A stretch of DNA of 64,000 bases, from IMG/VR virus record IMGVR_UViG_3300042391_000634, positions 1 to 64,000 of that record. One strand, given 5' to 3'. The notes below the pieces were generated by a model. The model ran no database searches. It was given only the letters and a program-made list of their open reading frames with translations, and was not told where the DNA came from. Below, piece after piece: positions 1 through 11,467 of this stretch (positions within the stretch are counted from its first letter, which is position 1; each line of letters opens with the position of its first letter). Position numbers and translations under genes: made by a program.

Positions 1-2
1 TA

Positions 3-269
3 CGTTATATAACTTGGACAGGAACAACATATACCCCAACATGGGTTGTAAATCCGAGTTATATAACGTATACTCAACCTAATTATACGATTACAACCAC
101 ACCTGGTACAGGAACTTATACAATACCTTACAACGGTACAATTAATACTGCGACAGGTTTTAGTTTAACAACATCAAATACAAACGGAACAACATATACA
201 ACAACAGGAACACTTAATACTTTAACAACGGGAACCGCATTATATTCAAGTAGTAGTTTTAAATTATGA
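3..269 (+). CDS. 3' end of a Thr/Gly/Tyr-rich low-complexity protein (start lies outside the window)
   Basis: Frame 3 is open from base 3: RYITWTGTTYTPTWVVNPSYITYTQPNY...TGTALYSSSSFKL, ending TGA at 267-269, which overlaps the next ATG (ATGA). Missing from the ORF track. Confidence 0.7.
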   Translation, partial: RYITWTGTTYTPTWVVNPSYITYTQPNYTITTTPGTGTYTIPYNGTINTATGFSLTTSNTNGTTYTTTGTLNTLTTGTALYSSSSFKL

Positions 270-1099
270 TAATGAAAAAAATAATTAATTTCACACCAAC
301 AGGTACTCAAACTACTCGTGAAAATTCATACGCACCATTATTACCAAATGAGATAATTGAAGAGGTTCATGAGGCAAATGAATTAGGTATATCTATAGTT
401 CATTTACATGCGAGAGATAAAGAAACATTAAAGAATACATATAAGAAAGAAGTTTACTCTCAAATTATTGAGGGGATAAAAAAACATTGTCCTGAATTAT
501 TAATTTGCGTCTCATTAACCGGTAGAAACTTTTCTGAGTTGGAGAAAAGAACTGAGATTCTACAATTACATCCTGATATGGGATCATTAACGATGTCATC
601 ACTAAACTTCCCAACGGGTGCGTCAGTTAATGAACCAAATATGATTTTATCTTTGATTGAGGAAATGAATAAATATGGTGTGAGTCCTGAGATAGAATGT
701 TTTGATTCTGGTATGTTAAACTATACAAATTATTTAATATCAAAAAATATATTAAAAGGTCCACATTACATCAATGTGATATTGGGGAACATATACAATT
801 CACAATCTGATATTCACACTATTGCGTCTATTAAATCTTCATTACCTAATAATGCGAAAGTATGTTTCGGCGGTATTGGTTCACAACAATTGAGAAGTAA
901 TGTCTATGGGTTACTTGAAGCGGACGGAGTTAGGGTTGGGTTGGAAGATAATTTATATTATAAAGATAAGGAGAAAGCAACCAATATACAATTATTAAAA
1001 AGAATTCATAACATTATGAATGAAATGGAATTAAAAATTTTATCATCAAAAGAACTAAGAGAATTAGGATATGGAAACAGACATAGTAATATTAGGTAA
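266..1099 (+). CDS. 3-keto-5-aminohexanoate cleavage enzyme family (BKACE/DUF849)
   Basis: Family motifs: TPTG...P..P.EI.EE....E.G.SIVHLHARD, PDMGSL..SSLN, PEIECFD.G, G.RVGLEDN. Confidence 0.9.
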   Translation: MIMKKIINFTPTGTQTTRENSYAPLLPNEIIEEVHEANELGISIVHLHARDKETLKNTYKKEVYSQIIEGIKKHCPELLICVSLTGRNFSELEKRTEILQLHPDMGSLTMSSLNFPTGASVNEPNMILSLIEEMNKYGVSPEIECFDSGMLNYTNYLISKNILKGPHYINVILGNIYNSQSDIHTIASIKSSLPNNAKVCFGGIGSQQLRSNVYGLLEADGVRVGLEDNLYYKDKEKATNIQLLKRIHNIMNEMELKILSSKELRELGYGNRHSNIR

Positions 1100-1706
1100 A
1101 GGGGATGCAATTGTTTGCATGATTTTAGATAATTTAGATTCCAATGGGATTTATGGTAATATATCAATATACAATAATTTGTCATTACCCATATTAAGAG
1201 AAATAAATCATCCCGATTTTAATTTAGATATTCGTGAAGAAATTGATATTAAACAATTTAAGAAATATGTTTTAGGTGTTTATGACCCTAAACATAAAAT
1301 TAAAATTATTGAAAAATTAAATCCTGAAATAGAAAAATTTCATACTCTATTATTTAATGATTTAATTATATCTAAAACATCTAAAATAGGTGATGGTTGT
1401 TTAATTCACGCCAATGTATCTATCGGGGCACACACTAATATTGAAAATTTTGTTTCAATAAATAGAAATGTTTCAATTGGTCACCATACTAATATTGGAA
1501 ATTTTGTTTCAATAAATCCTGGTTGTAATATTGCGGGTAATGTTAATATAGGTGAAGGGACATTAATTGGTATGGGAACAAATGTTTTAAACACAGTACA
1601 AATTGGTAAAAATACAATAATTGGTGCCGGTTCAAATGTAACAAGAGACATACCAGACAATGTAGTTGCTTATGGTAATCCATGTAAAATAATAAGAAAT
1701 AATTAA
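1071..1706 (+). CDS. Sugar O/N-acetyltransferase, hexapeptide-repeat (PglD/NeuD-like)
   Basis: Left-handed beta-helix hexapeptide repeats (IGDGCLI, IGHHTNIG, IGEGTLIG, IGAGSNV) and the C-terminal VTRDIPDNVVAYGNPCKII. Confidence 0.9.
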   Translation: METDIVILGKGDAIVCMILDNLDSNGIYGNISIYNNLSLPILREINHPDFNLDIREEIDIKQFKKYVLGVYDPKHKIKIIEKLNPEIEKFHTLLFNDLIISKTSKIGDGCLIHANVSIGAHTNIENFVSINRNVSIGHHTNIGNFVSINPGCNIAGNVNIGEGTLIGMGTNVLNTVQIGKNTIIGAGSNVTRDIPDNVVAYGNPCKIIRNN

Positions 1707-1707
1707 T

Positions 1708-2352
1708 ATGGCACAAGGGGCACATAAAATAACTGAGGACTTTGAAAACTTACTATGTGATTATACAGGATCACCTTATGCAATTGCTTTAGATAATATG
1801 AGTAATGCGTTGTTCTTATCATTATACTATGAAAAGAATATAAAGAAGAGTTTAACCACAACACATATTGATTGTCCATCTAACACATACCCATCGGTTC
1901 CTTGTGAAATTATTCATAATGGTTTTAAAGTAAATTTTATTCAATCAAACAGTGATAAAATAAAAGGACCATATACATTATATCCATCAAATGTAATTGA
2001 TTCCGCATTAAGATTCACGGCCGATATGTTCCAAAATGGAACACATATGTGTGTATCATTTACTGGCCCATATAAAACATTAAAATTAAGTAAAGGTGGT
2101 GCAATATTAACCGATGATTTTGATGCGATGATGTGGTTTAAACGAGCAAGATTTAGTGGTAGAAGAGAATGTTCATATCACGAAGATAATTTTGATATGT
2201 TGGGGTGGAACTTTTATATGATGCCAGAACTTGCTGCTAGAGGTATTTTAATGATGAGTCAATTCTATAATATAGACGGGACTAAAAAACATATTGAAGA
2301 TTTGGAATTAAGATATCCTGATTTATCTAAGTACGAAATATATAAACAATAA
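1708..2352 (+). CDS. DegT/DnrJ/EryC1/StrS-family PLP aminotransferase (short form, 214 aa)
   Basis: FE..L..YTG..YAIA, IDSA, SF...K.L.L..GGAILTDD, G.NFYM.E..AA.G. Shorter than typical family members. Confidence 0.8.
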   Translation: MAQGAHKITEDFENLLCDYTGSPYAIALDNMSNALFLSLYYEKNIKKSLTTTHIDCPSNTYPSVPCEIIHNGFKVNFIQSNSDKIKGPYTLYPSNVIDSALRFTADMFQNGTHMCVSFTGPYKTLKLSKGGAILTDDFDAMMWFKRARFSGRRECSYHEDNFDMLGWNFYMMPELAARGILMMSQFYNIDGTKKHIEDLELRYPDLSKYEIYKQ

Positions 2353-3311
2353 TGAACGATTTAATTTTTATTACAGCATATTGTGAAACTCAAAAACAAG
2401 AAGAGGTTTTAGAACGTTGTGTTAATTCTGTCATAAAATGTGGATACCACATTGCTTTATTATCACATTCACACATATCATTACACATTCAAAAAAAATG
2501 TCAATATTATATGTATGATTATAATAATGACATTTCTAAAGATTATAATTTATTTGGATACACGACATTTCAAATTAATAATAAACAAATACAATCCAGA
2601 TTTTTTAACAAAACATTTTATGGTTTTGCAATATATAGAATGGTCACAATGGCTTGTCAAATTGCAATAAACTTTGGTTACAAAAACATCCATCATATTG
2701 AGTACGATTGTGAATTATTAAACTCAAATTTAATAATTGAAAATAGTAAATTATTAGAAGAATACGATTCGGTGATTTATACCGATAATGGAGATGAAAA
2801 TGGATTTTTATTTGGATCGTTTAAATCTTTTAAAGTTAGTTCATTACCTGAAAAATATAAAAATTACGATAGAGATTTTATCGATAGTGAGATGAGAAAA
2901 CTAAATAAAACGTATTTGGAATATCTAACTAAAAAATTATTTATTGAATCAGGTAATGTGTTATTTAAGAAAGAACCAACAAACGAGGAGTTTAAAAGAG
3001 GTGATTATTTTAATCATAGAAATTTACATTTTACATTATATTATAATCCAGAAGATAAAACTTTAAATATTTTTTACAATGCTTTAGATTTAGGAAAGTC
3101 GGAGGAAATTACCGTAATAATAAATAAAGAAAAAATAGTTAAAATAATAACAAAACCTGCATTTTGGACCACAAGAATTTTAGGTTTATTTAATGAAATA
3201 ATACACGTTAGGGTGGACAATAATAGTAAAATTATTTACGAAATATCTTTTGATAATAAGTTCAGAGAAATTTTTAAAAACAAATCTTATATTTTAAATA
3301 ATGAAAAGTAA
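2352..3311 (+). CDS. Hypothetical protein, possibly glycosyltransferase-like
   Basis: 319 aa, coupled to the sugar genes; contains the acidic motif HHIEYDCEL. Confidence 0.45.
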   Translation: MNDLIFITAYCETQKQEEVLERCVNSVIKCGYHIALLSHSHISLHIQKKCQYYMYDYNNDISKDYNLFGYTTFQINNKQIQSRFFNKTFYGFAIYRMVTMACQIAINFGYKNIHHIEYDCELLNSNLIIENSKLLEEYDSVIYTDNGDENGFLFGSFKSFKVSSLPEKYKNYDRDFIDSEMRKLNKTYLEYLTKKLFIESGNVLFKKEPTNEEFKRGDYFNHRNLHFTLYYNPEDKTLNIFYNALDLGKSEEITVIINKEKIVKIITKPAFWTTRILGLFNEIIHVRVDNNSKIIYEISFDNKFREIFKNKSYILNNEK

Positions 3312-3768
3312 ATTTAACTTTTTCAGGGGGTATGTTGGAACATTAGATATAATGGATGGACAAACATATGCAACAGCATCGTTATATAACCCACATACAC
3401 TTACAAATGACGAAAGAATAGCACAAATCAATAGACGTCTTCAAATAGACGAAGAAATGTGTAATCAAGAAATCATAACTCATGAACAATATATGAGAAA
3501 TAGAGACATGTTAATTGAACAAGAAAGAATAAGAAGATTAGGAATGATAAATCATTCAAGGGAAACCGATAACCAAATTAGATTGTTTCAAGCAACAACA
3601 ACTGTAACCGTAAATCCAACACTATGGACTAAGGTTAAGATATTTGGAACAAGAGTTAAATTGGTTTTAATTGAAACTTGGAAGTTGGAACCTATCGGTG
3701 TTGTGGTGATGACACTGTTAGTGTCAGTTGTTACATTCATAGGTGTAATGAAATTATTCGGAGCATGA
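3301..3768 (+). CDS. FKF-leader protein (MKSKFNFFRG) with C-terminal TM helix
   Basis: ORF track; shared leader; hydrophobic IGVVVMTLLVSVVTFIGVM. Confidence 0.7.
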   Translation: MKSKFNFFRGYVGTLDIMDGQTYATASLYNPHTLTNDERIAQINRRLQIDEEMCNQEIITHEQYMRNRDMLIEQERIRRLGMINHSRETDNQIRLFQATTTVTVNPTLWTKVKIFGTRVKLVLIETWKLEPIGVVVMTLLVSVVTFIGVMKLFGA

Positions 3769-4037
3769 TAAAACCATTCAAATTTTTAACAAAATATGAA
3801 CATCATCGTTTTACTCCTTATTGTTGTTATGATAATGCAAAATTTATTATTGAAACTTTAATATCTACAGATGAATGGGAGACAACCATATTCCCAAAAG
3901 AATACCCACACGAAAATGGTGTATGGAGAGTTCTTTACATACAACGTGGAAGGAATAATTATCATTCCGTTGTTTGTCATGAACCAATAAATCCAGGATA
4001 CATAATTGAAAGATTTATAGTTAATATAGATTTATGA
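3765..4037 (+). CDS. FKF-leader small protein (MIKPFKFLTK)
   Basis: Start reassigned to the ATG at 3765 (ATGA overlap with the upstream stop). Confidence 0.7.
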   Translation: MIKPFKFLTKYEHHRFTPYCCYDNAKFIIETLISTDEWETTIFPKEYPHENGVWRVLYIQRGRNNYHSVVCHEPINPGYIIERFIVNIDL

Positions 4038-4357
4038 TTAGTAGATTCAAATTTTTGACGGATAATGATGAGGATGAAATTCCTGAAGGTTATATCAATT
4101 TAGAGAATGAAAACATTGCAACTTGGATTTGGGAAAGTTTAACACCACCATCAGACACATTATATTATATAGTTTCGGCAGATACTAATGGTATTATTGA
4201 ATTTTTAAGAATGTTTCCGTCAGAGATGATAGTCCCTGTGTGTTCCATTGTTGGTCCAAATGGTGTGGTTCATAACGGTGGAAACGAAGGAAATGGATGG
4301 GGATTTAATATTCAAACCGACCCAATTCACATAACATATTTAAGTTATAACCCATAA
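4034..4357 (+). CDS. FKF-leader small protein (MISRFKFLT)
   Basis: ORF track; ATGA overlap. Confidence 0.7.
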   Translation: MISRFKFLTDNDEDEIPEGYINLENENIATWIWESLTPPSDTLYYIVSADTNGIIEFLRMFPSEMIVPVCSIVGPNGVVHNGGNEGNGWGFNIQTDPIHITYLSYNP

Positions 4358-4514
4358 TATTTATAAATAAAACAAAAATGTCATCAAAATTTTTTAACAA
4401 TTCACAACAACCTAAAGTGGCTAAAGGAGATAAAAAACCAATACCAACTAAACCAATTAAGAACAATACTCAAATTAAGAAGACGGGAAGAGGTAAATAG
4501 GATATTTATATCTA

Positions 4515-5357
4515 ATGAGCGGATTAACAACAATTAAATTAAGTAGTGAAGATTTAAAGAAGGAACAAGAACGCCAAAGGAAACGAGGTAAATTGATACT
4601 TAAACAACTAAAAAAAGGTAAGGTTAAGGTTGTTGTTGGTCTATATGATGAAGATGGAACGGTTCCCGATATTATATTTCAATATCAAATACATGATGCG
4701 GAAGTTAAATCAATTGTTGATTATGCCAATGGAGATGTAAATTGTTTAATTATTTGTTTTTATGATGACATTGATATTTTTAACGAAGATGGTAGTGAAA
4801 TAACAGAAAAATTACCTCTTTGGTTAGTTTCAGAAATTGAGAACAAACTTGAAAAAAAGTTTGAACAATTCAATATTGAACTTAGATTTAACCAACAATC
4901 AGGCGGAGGGAAGAAACATATAGTTAATGAAGAAGTGAATGACGACGACCAAAGACTAATTAACAAAACTAGAGTTATTTATAAATTACTCAAAAAAGGT
5001 GGTAAAATGGGGTTCGACTCTGCACCATATTACCACGAAGTACATTGGACATTACCCAATAAATTTTACGTTAAAATTAAACATCATGATAAAAAGGATG
5101 CTGAACGTTATCAATTAAAAGTTGATAGTTATCCTATTTTATTGTTGAACACTGAAACTATAAATTACACCAAAACCAATGATAAACCATTGAGAAATGG
5201 TGAAAAACATTTAATTGCAGGTGAGATTACAACTCAATTTAAAAAATATGGAATAACTGTTTATTGGGGAGGAGAAGTTCCAAAATATTCTATTTTTAGT
5301 CCAAGATCAATATCTCCCGATGAAACGTATACTGAAGTAGACATCACTCCAAAATAA
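4515..5357 (+). CDS. Two-copy KALKKG-domain protein, putative head-internal protein
   Basis: TATTTATA at 4503-4510; repeats KLILKQLKKG and KTRVIYKLLKKG joined by an IVNEE linker. Confidence 0.65.
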   Translation: MSGLTTIKLSSEDLKKEQERQRKRGKLILKQLKKGKVKVVVGLYDEDGTVPDIIFQYQIHDAEVKSIVDYANGDVNCLIICFYDDIDIFNEDGSEITEKLPLWLVSEIENKLEKKFEQFNIELRFNQQSGGGKKHIVNEEVNDDDQRLINKTRVIYKLLKKGGKMGFDSAPYYHEVHWTLPNKFYVKIKHHDKKDAERYQLKVDSYPILLLNTETINYTKTNDKPLRNGEKHLIAGEITTQFKKYGITVYWGGEVPKYSIFSPRSISPDETYTEVDITPK

Positions 5358-5358
5358 A

Positions 5359-5390
5359 TTTGGATATTCCAAATGGGGGTTGTATATTTG
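5359..5390 (+). promoter_or_regulatory. Bacteroidota-type housekeeping promoter (-33 TTTG, -7 TAnnTTTG)
   Basis: TTTG 5359-5362, 20-nt spacer, TATATTTG 5383-5390; the near-palindrome TTTGGATATTCCAAA overlaps the -33 element. Confidence 0.7.
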
Positions 5391-5585
5391 TTCCATGAAA
5401 GTAAAAATAACAATTAAATACCACATAGAGGTTGGTAATGAGGTCATTGAGTGTGATTCACTTGAACAGGCTGAACGTAAGATGAAACATATGTCAGATG
5501 TTGATAAGTTTCTTATTAAGACAGAATTAAAGGGTGATGAAGTATTAAATCAATTTTTAATTGGTTAATAGGGTATTTATACCTA

Positions 5586-5909
5586 ATGAATAGAAAGGAG
5601 TATAGGAGACTATTACAGGACCCCAAATGGAAGATAAAGGCTTCCTTCATAAGAAAGAGAGATAACCACACCTGCGTCAGATGTGGGAAGAAATCAAATA
5701 GATTACAGGTTCACCATACCAAATACGAAGATGGTCTAATGCCTTGGGAGTATGATAATGATACTTTGGAGTCATTATGTTCTGGTTGTCACAAAAAAGA
5801 ACATAATATTAAACCTAAGAGAAAGTTTACACCAAGGAAGAAGAAAGAACCTAAATTACAAACAAGGGTTATTAAGATTAAACCGTTTGTTGATTCTCTT
5901 GTTCCCTAA
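5586..5909 (+). CDS. HNH endonuclease
   Basis: RDNHTCVRCGK...LQVHHTKY...LESLCSGCHKKEH; preceded by TATTTATA at 5574. Confidence 0.85.
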   Translation: MNRKEYRRLLQDPKWKIKASFIRKRDNHTCVRCGKKSNRLQVHHTKYEDGLMPWEYDNDTLESLCSGCHKKEHNIKPKRKFTPRKKKEPKLQTRVIKIKPFVDSLVP

Positions 5910-6138
5910 CCCTCAATTCGGTTTTAAAAATTTCAATCCATTCTTGTTTGGATTTACCTTCATGAATTTCAGGTATTTCTATTAGTCCTATTCCTCTTAA
6001 ACAACCTAATGTGTTGATAATGTGACTAGTGGTCATCCAAAAAATAGGTGTGTGCCTGCCGGTTGCTGTTTTCCATACCGTATTGTGTCTATCGTAATTG
6101 ACATCTATTTCCGTTCCTTTAAAAAATTTAAAATTCAT
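5878..6138 (-). CDS. FKF-leader small protein (MNFKFFKG), paralog of 12089-12301
   Basis: Shared pattern W.T..G...P....T..I.....L...G......G....EW..I...EL..R. Confidence 0.7.
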   Translation of the reverse strand: MNFKFFKGTEIDVNYDRHNTVWKTATGRHTPIFWMTTSHIINTLGCLRGIGLIEIPEIHEGKSKQEWIEIFKTELRVREQENQQTV

Positions 6139-6146
6139 ACATTGAA

Positions 6147-7499
6147 TTAATTAACGACAATTTCATTTATAGTTATTGTTCCATCTAAATTACCATTTAA
6201 CGCAAGGAAGGTTAGTTTATTATTAACCTTAAATACTTTTACATAAGCCGGTGTAATTTTAGGAATATCTAAACCTTTATTATAATCCCCCATAACACCA
6301 TTATTATTCTTCCAAAATAATTTATTAATGTTAAGTGAATTTCCAGTTTTTAAAAGTTTACCGGCCCATCCATGTAATATAATATCAGGATAACCATCCT
6401 TATCAAAATCGATAATATCAAATTCTCTGAATTGTAATTGGTCAAATGTATAATCTAATCTATTATTAGAAGGTGTAAAGTTTCCTTTACCGTCACTATA
6501 CCAAATTTCAATACCATTGTAATTTGTTCCCTCTGTTGCAATTGCCAAATCAATATTACCATCTTTATTAAAATCGGCGGCTTTAATTGATGTTGAACCT
6601 CTATCGTCTGTTTTAAATATACCAAGAGGACCTGGATCCTTATCTAATTTATATTTCCCAAGAGTTGAGTTATATGAAAAAATACTAACACTATATCTAT
6701 CGTTTGGTTTTTGAAATGTAGGATTAAAACCATAATCTCCTCTAACAATTTCAGGACGAGAATCTCCATATAAATCTTGAATTAAAACTGCACCGCCGGC
6801 TTTTCCACCATAGAAATCTGAAGGGTCAAATATGTTATTGTTTTCGGTAAATGAACCATTACTATTTTGTGTATATGAATGAAGACCAAGATAATTATTA
6901 CCTTTTGTTCCCATGTGTAACCCTATAACATCAATTAAACCATCATTATTAATATCACCTGAAGATACCGAATGATAAAAACTATTAACGGTTGATATGT
7001 TTGAAAATGAAACTTTACTCCCTTCTGTTTTCATTAAAATTAAATTACCAAATGGCCATGGTTGACCATTTAATTCAGGACCAGAATCTGAAAATACCCA
7101 ACTTTGTTTTGTGGTATCAATACAAGTGTAGTTTCTACCACAACCCATAGAAGCCTCAGGATAACTATTTTCATAAGACCAATTATTATTTGTTTTTGTT
7201 AAATGTAAAGTTGGTATTAATGGATATGTATAAAATAATGTTGCAGGTATAATCAAATGTTCAATGTTATCTTTTTGATATAAAATAACACCAGGTATTG
7301 CCAAATTAACACCTTTAGCCACTATGTCGTTTGTAAAGTTTGGAACATTAAAACCAGATATTACTGTGGTTGTTAATGTATAAGGTGAAGTAGGTGGGAT
7401 CACAACTACAGGAGGTTCAATAACTACAGGGGGGACTACAGATTCCTTCTTACAAGATATTATTAATAAAAATAATATAAAATATAGAGTTTTTTTCAT
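6147..7499 (-). CDS. Lipoprotein with FG-GAP/VCBS-like repeats
   Basis: Lipobox LLIISC followed by KKES; repeats GDINNDGLIDVI, DLYGDSRPEIV, ADFNKDGNIDLAI, IDFDKDGYPDII. Confidence 0.8.
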   Translation of the reverse strand: MKKTLYFILFLLIISCKKESVVPPVVIEPPVVVIPPTSPYTLTTTVISGFNVPNFTNDIVAKGVNLAIPGVILYQKDNIEHLIIPATLFYTYPLIPTLHLTKTNNNWSYENSYPEASMGCGRNYTCIDTTKQSWVFSDSGPELNGQPWPFGNLILMKTEGSKVSFSNISTVNSFYHSVSSGDINNDGLIDVIGLHMGTKGNNYLGLHSYTQNSNGSFTENNNIFDPSDFYGGKAGGAVLIQDLYGDSRPEIVRGDYGFNPTFQKPNDRYSVSIFSYNSTLGKYKLDKDPGPLGIFKTDDRGSTSIKAADFNKDGNIDLAIATEGTNYNGIEIWYSDGKGNFTPSNNRLDYTFDQLQFREFDIIDFDKDGYPDIILHGWAGKLLKTGNSLNINKLFWKNNNGVMGDYNKGLDIPKITPAYVKVFKVNNKLTFLALNGNLDGTITINEIVVN

Positions 7500-7586
7500 T
7501 TTTTACATTTATAGGACAAAAATAAGGATATTTTTTTGATATTCCAAATATATTTTATAATTTTAACAAAAAAATACTCTATAATA

Positions 7587-7618
7587 TTTGGAATATATTT
7601 AGTTTATACGTATATTTG
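7587..7618 (+). promoter_or_regulatory. Bacteroidota-type promoter driving the small-gene operon
   Basis: TTTG 7587-7590, 20-nt spacer, TATATTTG 7611-7618. Confidence 0.65.
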
Positions 7619-8123
7619 TGGTATATTAATTCTAAAACTTACATTACTATGTTATTTAAATACAAAATTACTTTAGATGTGGAGGTTGAGTTTGATGCTC
7701 CATTGTTGGGAACTGATACAACTAAAAACAAAAGAAAACAGGTGGATAGTATTGCAAAAAAAGCACTACAAGAAATGATTAATTTTAAAACAACATCTTA
7801 TGTTGGTGTTAATAGAGAAATTAATGATGAAAATTTAAAAGGTAATTACAAAGGTGAAATTATATTAAGGAGTGCAAAAATGTTTGAAGAAGACAAAAAA
7901 AAATAACATGGCAAAAAGACTAATCCAAAAGAAAATTATCTATCTTAAAACTTTATTAACAGAAACAAAAGGTTTCTTTAAAAGATTACAAATAAAGTTT
8001 TGGATTCGTAATGAAGAATGTAAACTAAAAAAATATAAGTAACATGATTGAAGTAATTGTAATTGGATTATACTATGTGTTAGTATTTTCATTATTAAGA
8101 TTTTTTCTAAAATTATTATCCAA

Positions 8124-9044
8124 ATGAGTTACATTTTAATTTACATAATAGGATTTATCTTAACACTAACATTCTTAAAGTTATATGGTAAGAAAATGGA
8201 GATTGATTATGATCCACCACATGATGAGGATTATGATGACTATAAAAATAATGCTGAGGCCTATCTATTCTTTTCATTGAGTTGGTTTGTAACAGCACCA
8301 ATGTTTATTGTTGTTGCAACAATTCAGTTGTTATATAAATTCACCCAATGGTTTATGAAATACCCAAACGTATAATATGACACTATTTTTAATTTATTGG
8401 ATACTAACAACAATATACGGAGTATATTGGTTGGTTAAACACCCATCATCAAGACATGGAGATGACAATGATGAATTTACATTATTGGAAGTTATTGCTA
8501 AAATTTTTCCAGCTGGTTTAATAGCTTGGGCAATTGTTCCAATGTTATTATTACATCAGGTTAAATTCAAAAGATAATGACCGACGCACAAATAGTAATA
8601 TCAGTAATTTTTGCTGTGATATTTTTCGTAATTCTTATTTTTAATGTGGTATCATACCCAAACGTGGAGTTATATAAAAAGAAATATGATGAATTGAAAC
8701 GTGGAGTGTATAAGTATGAACCAGATTATGGTGAATCACATTATTTTTATCTATACAGTTACGATATTCATACTCTAACATTTACTCGCACAGATGTTGA
8801 TATCATATTCTTTCTTGATGGTGATATAAAACTATCACATAACTTATACATACACAAAAGTCATTTGTTTATGTCATTAGTTAGTTGGTATTATTGGAGA
8901 AAGTTTCAAAAGTTAAAAGATGAATTGATTAACCAACATAATTTTAATGAGGCATATGCAAGATATAGATTAGGTTATTTGGAATCGTTACAAGAACAAC
9001 CTAAGAAACAAAACAAACTTACCTTCAAATTTTTTAGAGGATGA
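8124..9044 (+). CDS. Three small membrane proteins (8124-8375, 8377-8577, 8577-9044); the last ends in LTFKFFRG
   Basis: ORF track; hydrophobic N-terminal helices; tight gene spacing. Confidence 0.65.
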
Positions 9045-10541
9045 TAATACCATTTAAATTTTTTGTGGGGAAGGTTTATACCGATGAATTTGAATTTCCA
9101 AGAGTAAGGAGATCTCCAGAACATATAGGTAGAGGATATATTCAAACAATCTTACCGACCGAACCATATCTTGCAACACTACCAGAACCCAACTACGATG
9201 GATTTGTTATCAGTCGTGTAAGAACTAAAATGAGACGAAATATAAATTGGAGAGGATATGAAACTTCTATACAAGAAAGAAATGGTGAGGTAATAATATT
9301 AAAGATTGTAAGTGGTATAAACATTGGTGGAATGTTTCACATAGTTTATTTAATTACAAGAGACGGGAATACTGAAAATTATAGAGTAAGTGTCCCATTA
9401 GTCAATTTACAAAGAAGAGGATAATATGGCAAAAGCAAGAAAGATTTTATCAAACACTATAAGTGAATTGTTAAAAGAAACATCGTTGGAAACAAGAATT
9501 AAAATGTCATGTTGGTTTATGATTAACAATCTTATTCATGAATCAGGCGCAAGAGAAGAATCTGCGTGGGACGAAACAAATCCAAGAGATATTGAGATGA
9601 TGAAACTATTGGACGATAAAACAAAAGAACTAACGGAAACAATATTAAGAAACATTAAAGAATGGGAAGAAGATGGTAAACCAATTTAAATTTTTTGAGG
9701 GGAGACCAAAAAGATTATATCACTACGACCTATTGGTTGGGGGTATGCCTGTTGAGGTAATAACTTCAAACGAACCACCAACACATTTTTTTTCTGGTCC
9801 CACACAACATCATAGTTTTTATGTGGGAGTTCAAAATACACAATTAGAATTAATTTATGATGGCGATATGGATGAATTATCCGTTAGAGCAATGGTAGAT
9901 GAATTAAAATATAGATATATAAATTATATATCAATTAATGAACAGGTAATTGGATTTATGGAAGATTTTTTAAATGAACATTTAGATGGAACATCAACAA
10001 TAAGATACATATGATAAAACCTTTTAAACTACTTAATGGATACACATATATAAATGAGTTGCATGAACCATATATTCCGTTGCAGATAACACATGCACCA
10101 CCATTTGGTATATCACATCGTCATTGGAATATGTTGCCACGGGATTTGAGAGGTGGAACCCTAATACATATGGAAATATACATTGAGGGGTGGGAAGCTG
10201 GTCGCAATAATATCACCATCAATCCATATGAAGGTATCATCAATGACCCTGTGGTTACTGAATGGATTGAGTTGTGGAATAGAGGACATTTGAGGTGGTC
10301 TGGTAGAACAGGAATGAATTATGTTAATGTAAATCCCGACCCACCAATAGATGAAAGATATCCGGAATTCTATAACACAGATGAATTAATATTCTTTGAT
10401 GTAACGGAAGAAAGATTAGGTATGCTTGACGGTGAACCATATAAAGTTATGTTGTTCAGACATATTGAAGAGGGAAATACAATAGAAGGAGATACAATAT
10501 ATCCCGAACATCCAATGTATAATTTTCCTGATATAATTTAA
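9041..10541 (+). CDS. Small ORFs 9041-9424, 9426-9689, 9673-10014 and 10011-10541; three have FKF leaders and 10011 has an RMF-like motif
   Basis: Leaders MIIPFKFF, MVNQFKFF, MIKPFKLL; YIEGWEAGRNNITINPY...WIELWNRG in 10011. Confidence 0.65.
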
Positions 10542-11467
10542 AAAACAAAATAATATGAGATTAAACGTAGAATTACTTGCAATTGATTTTTACAGAGTAG
10601 GAAGAAGTTGGATTTCTATTTTAGAAATCAATTATGGTCACCCATTATTTTATATAGAATGGGGACAAGGTATGAAAATACAAATCAGTTTTTTATTTGG
10701 ACTAATTAAAAATTATTAATATGAAATTTGAAGAAGCGGAAGAAAAATCATTAACTGTAAAATGGGAAATAAGAACTTGCTCGCAAGGAGAAAAATGTTG
10801 GTGTAGAACAATCAAACCTATTGAACCCATACTTTTTGATGACGGGGGTCAAGATGAATATTGGATAGTTGGGTCTGGTGAGTTACATAAAAATATTGCA
10901 GAGTATTTTGTTGAACTCCATAATAAAAATATTGAAAATAAAATTAAATAATATGAAATTCAGAAAAACACTCACAGATAAACGTCTTGAAGAATTGTCT
11001 GATAAGGTAAGAAGAGGAACCCCAATCTTAATGAGTGAGGCGATTGAGGTAGTGGAATATCAAGAGATGTTAAAGAAGAATAAACTACCTTTCACAGATA
11101 GAATGCTTAATTTCTTTAAAATAAAAAAATAATATGAATATCATTTCAAACCCAAGCGATTTATTAAAACACTTATCCTTCTGGCATAACAAAACAGATG
11201 ACGAGTGTATTGAAATGGCAACAGGTGAATTTGGCGTTGATGCTGAACGAGCATTAATTAATATACTTGAAAGAGATTTCTGCACCAATATTAATAATAA
11301 TGTAATTGAAAAATTAAAAACATTATGACACCAAGAGAAAGAAAATATCACATAAACAAACGTCTTCGTAAATTACTTTGGGAAGAAATAACAAGAGTAA
11401 TTGATGAGGACATTGAAAATCAATTAAATGGTGGCAAACCTAATCTAGACATTCAACCAATGACAAT

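Noticed and set aside
5010-5030. GGTTCGACTC...CCA tRNA T-loop-like string
   Set aside because: It lies in frame within a CDS (GFDSAP) and has no cloverleaf.
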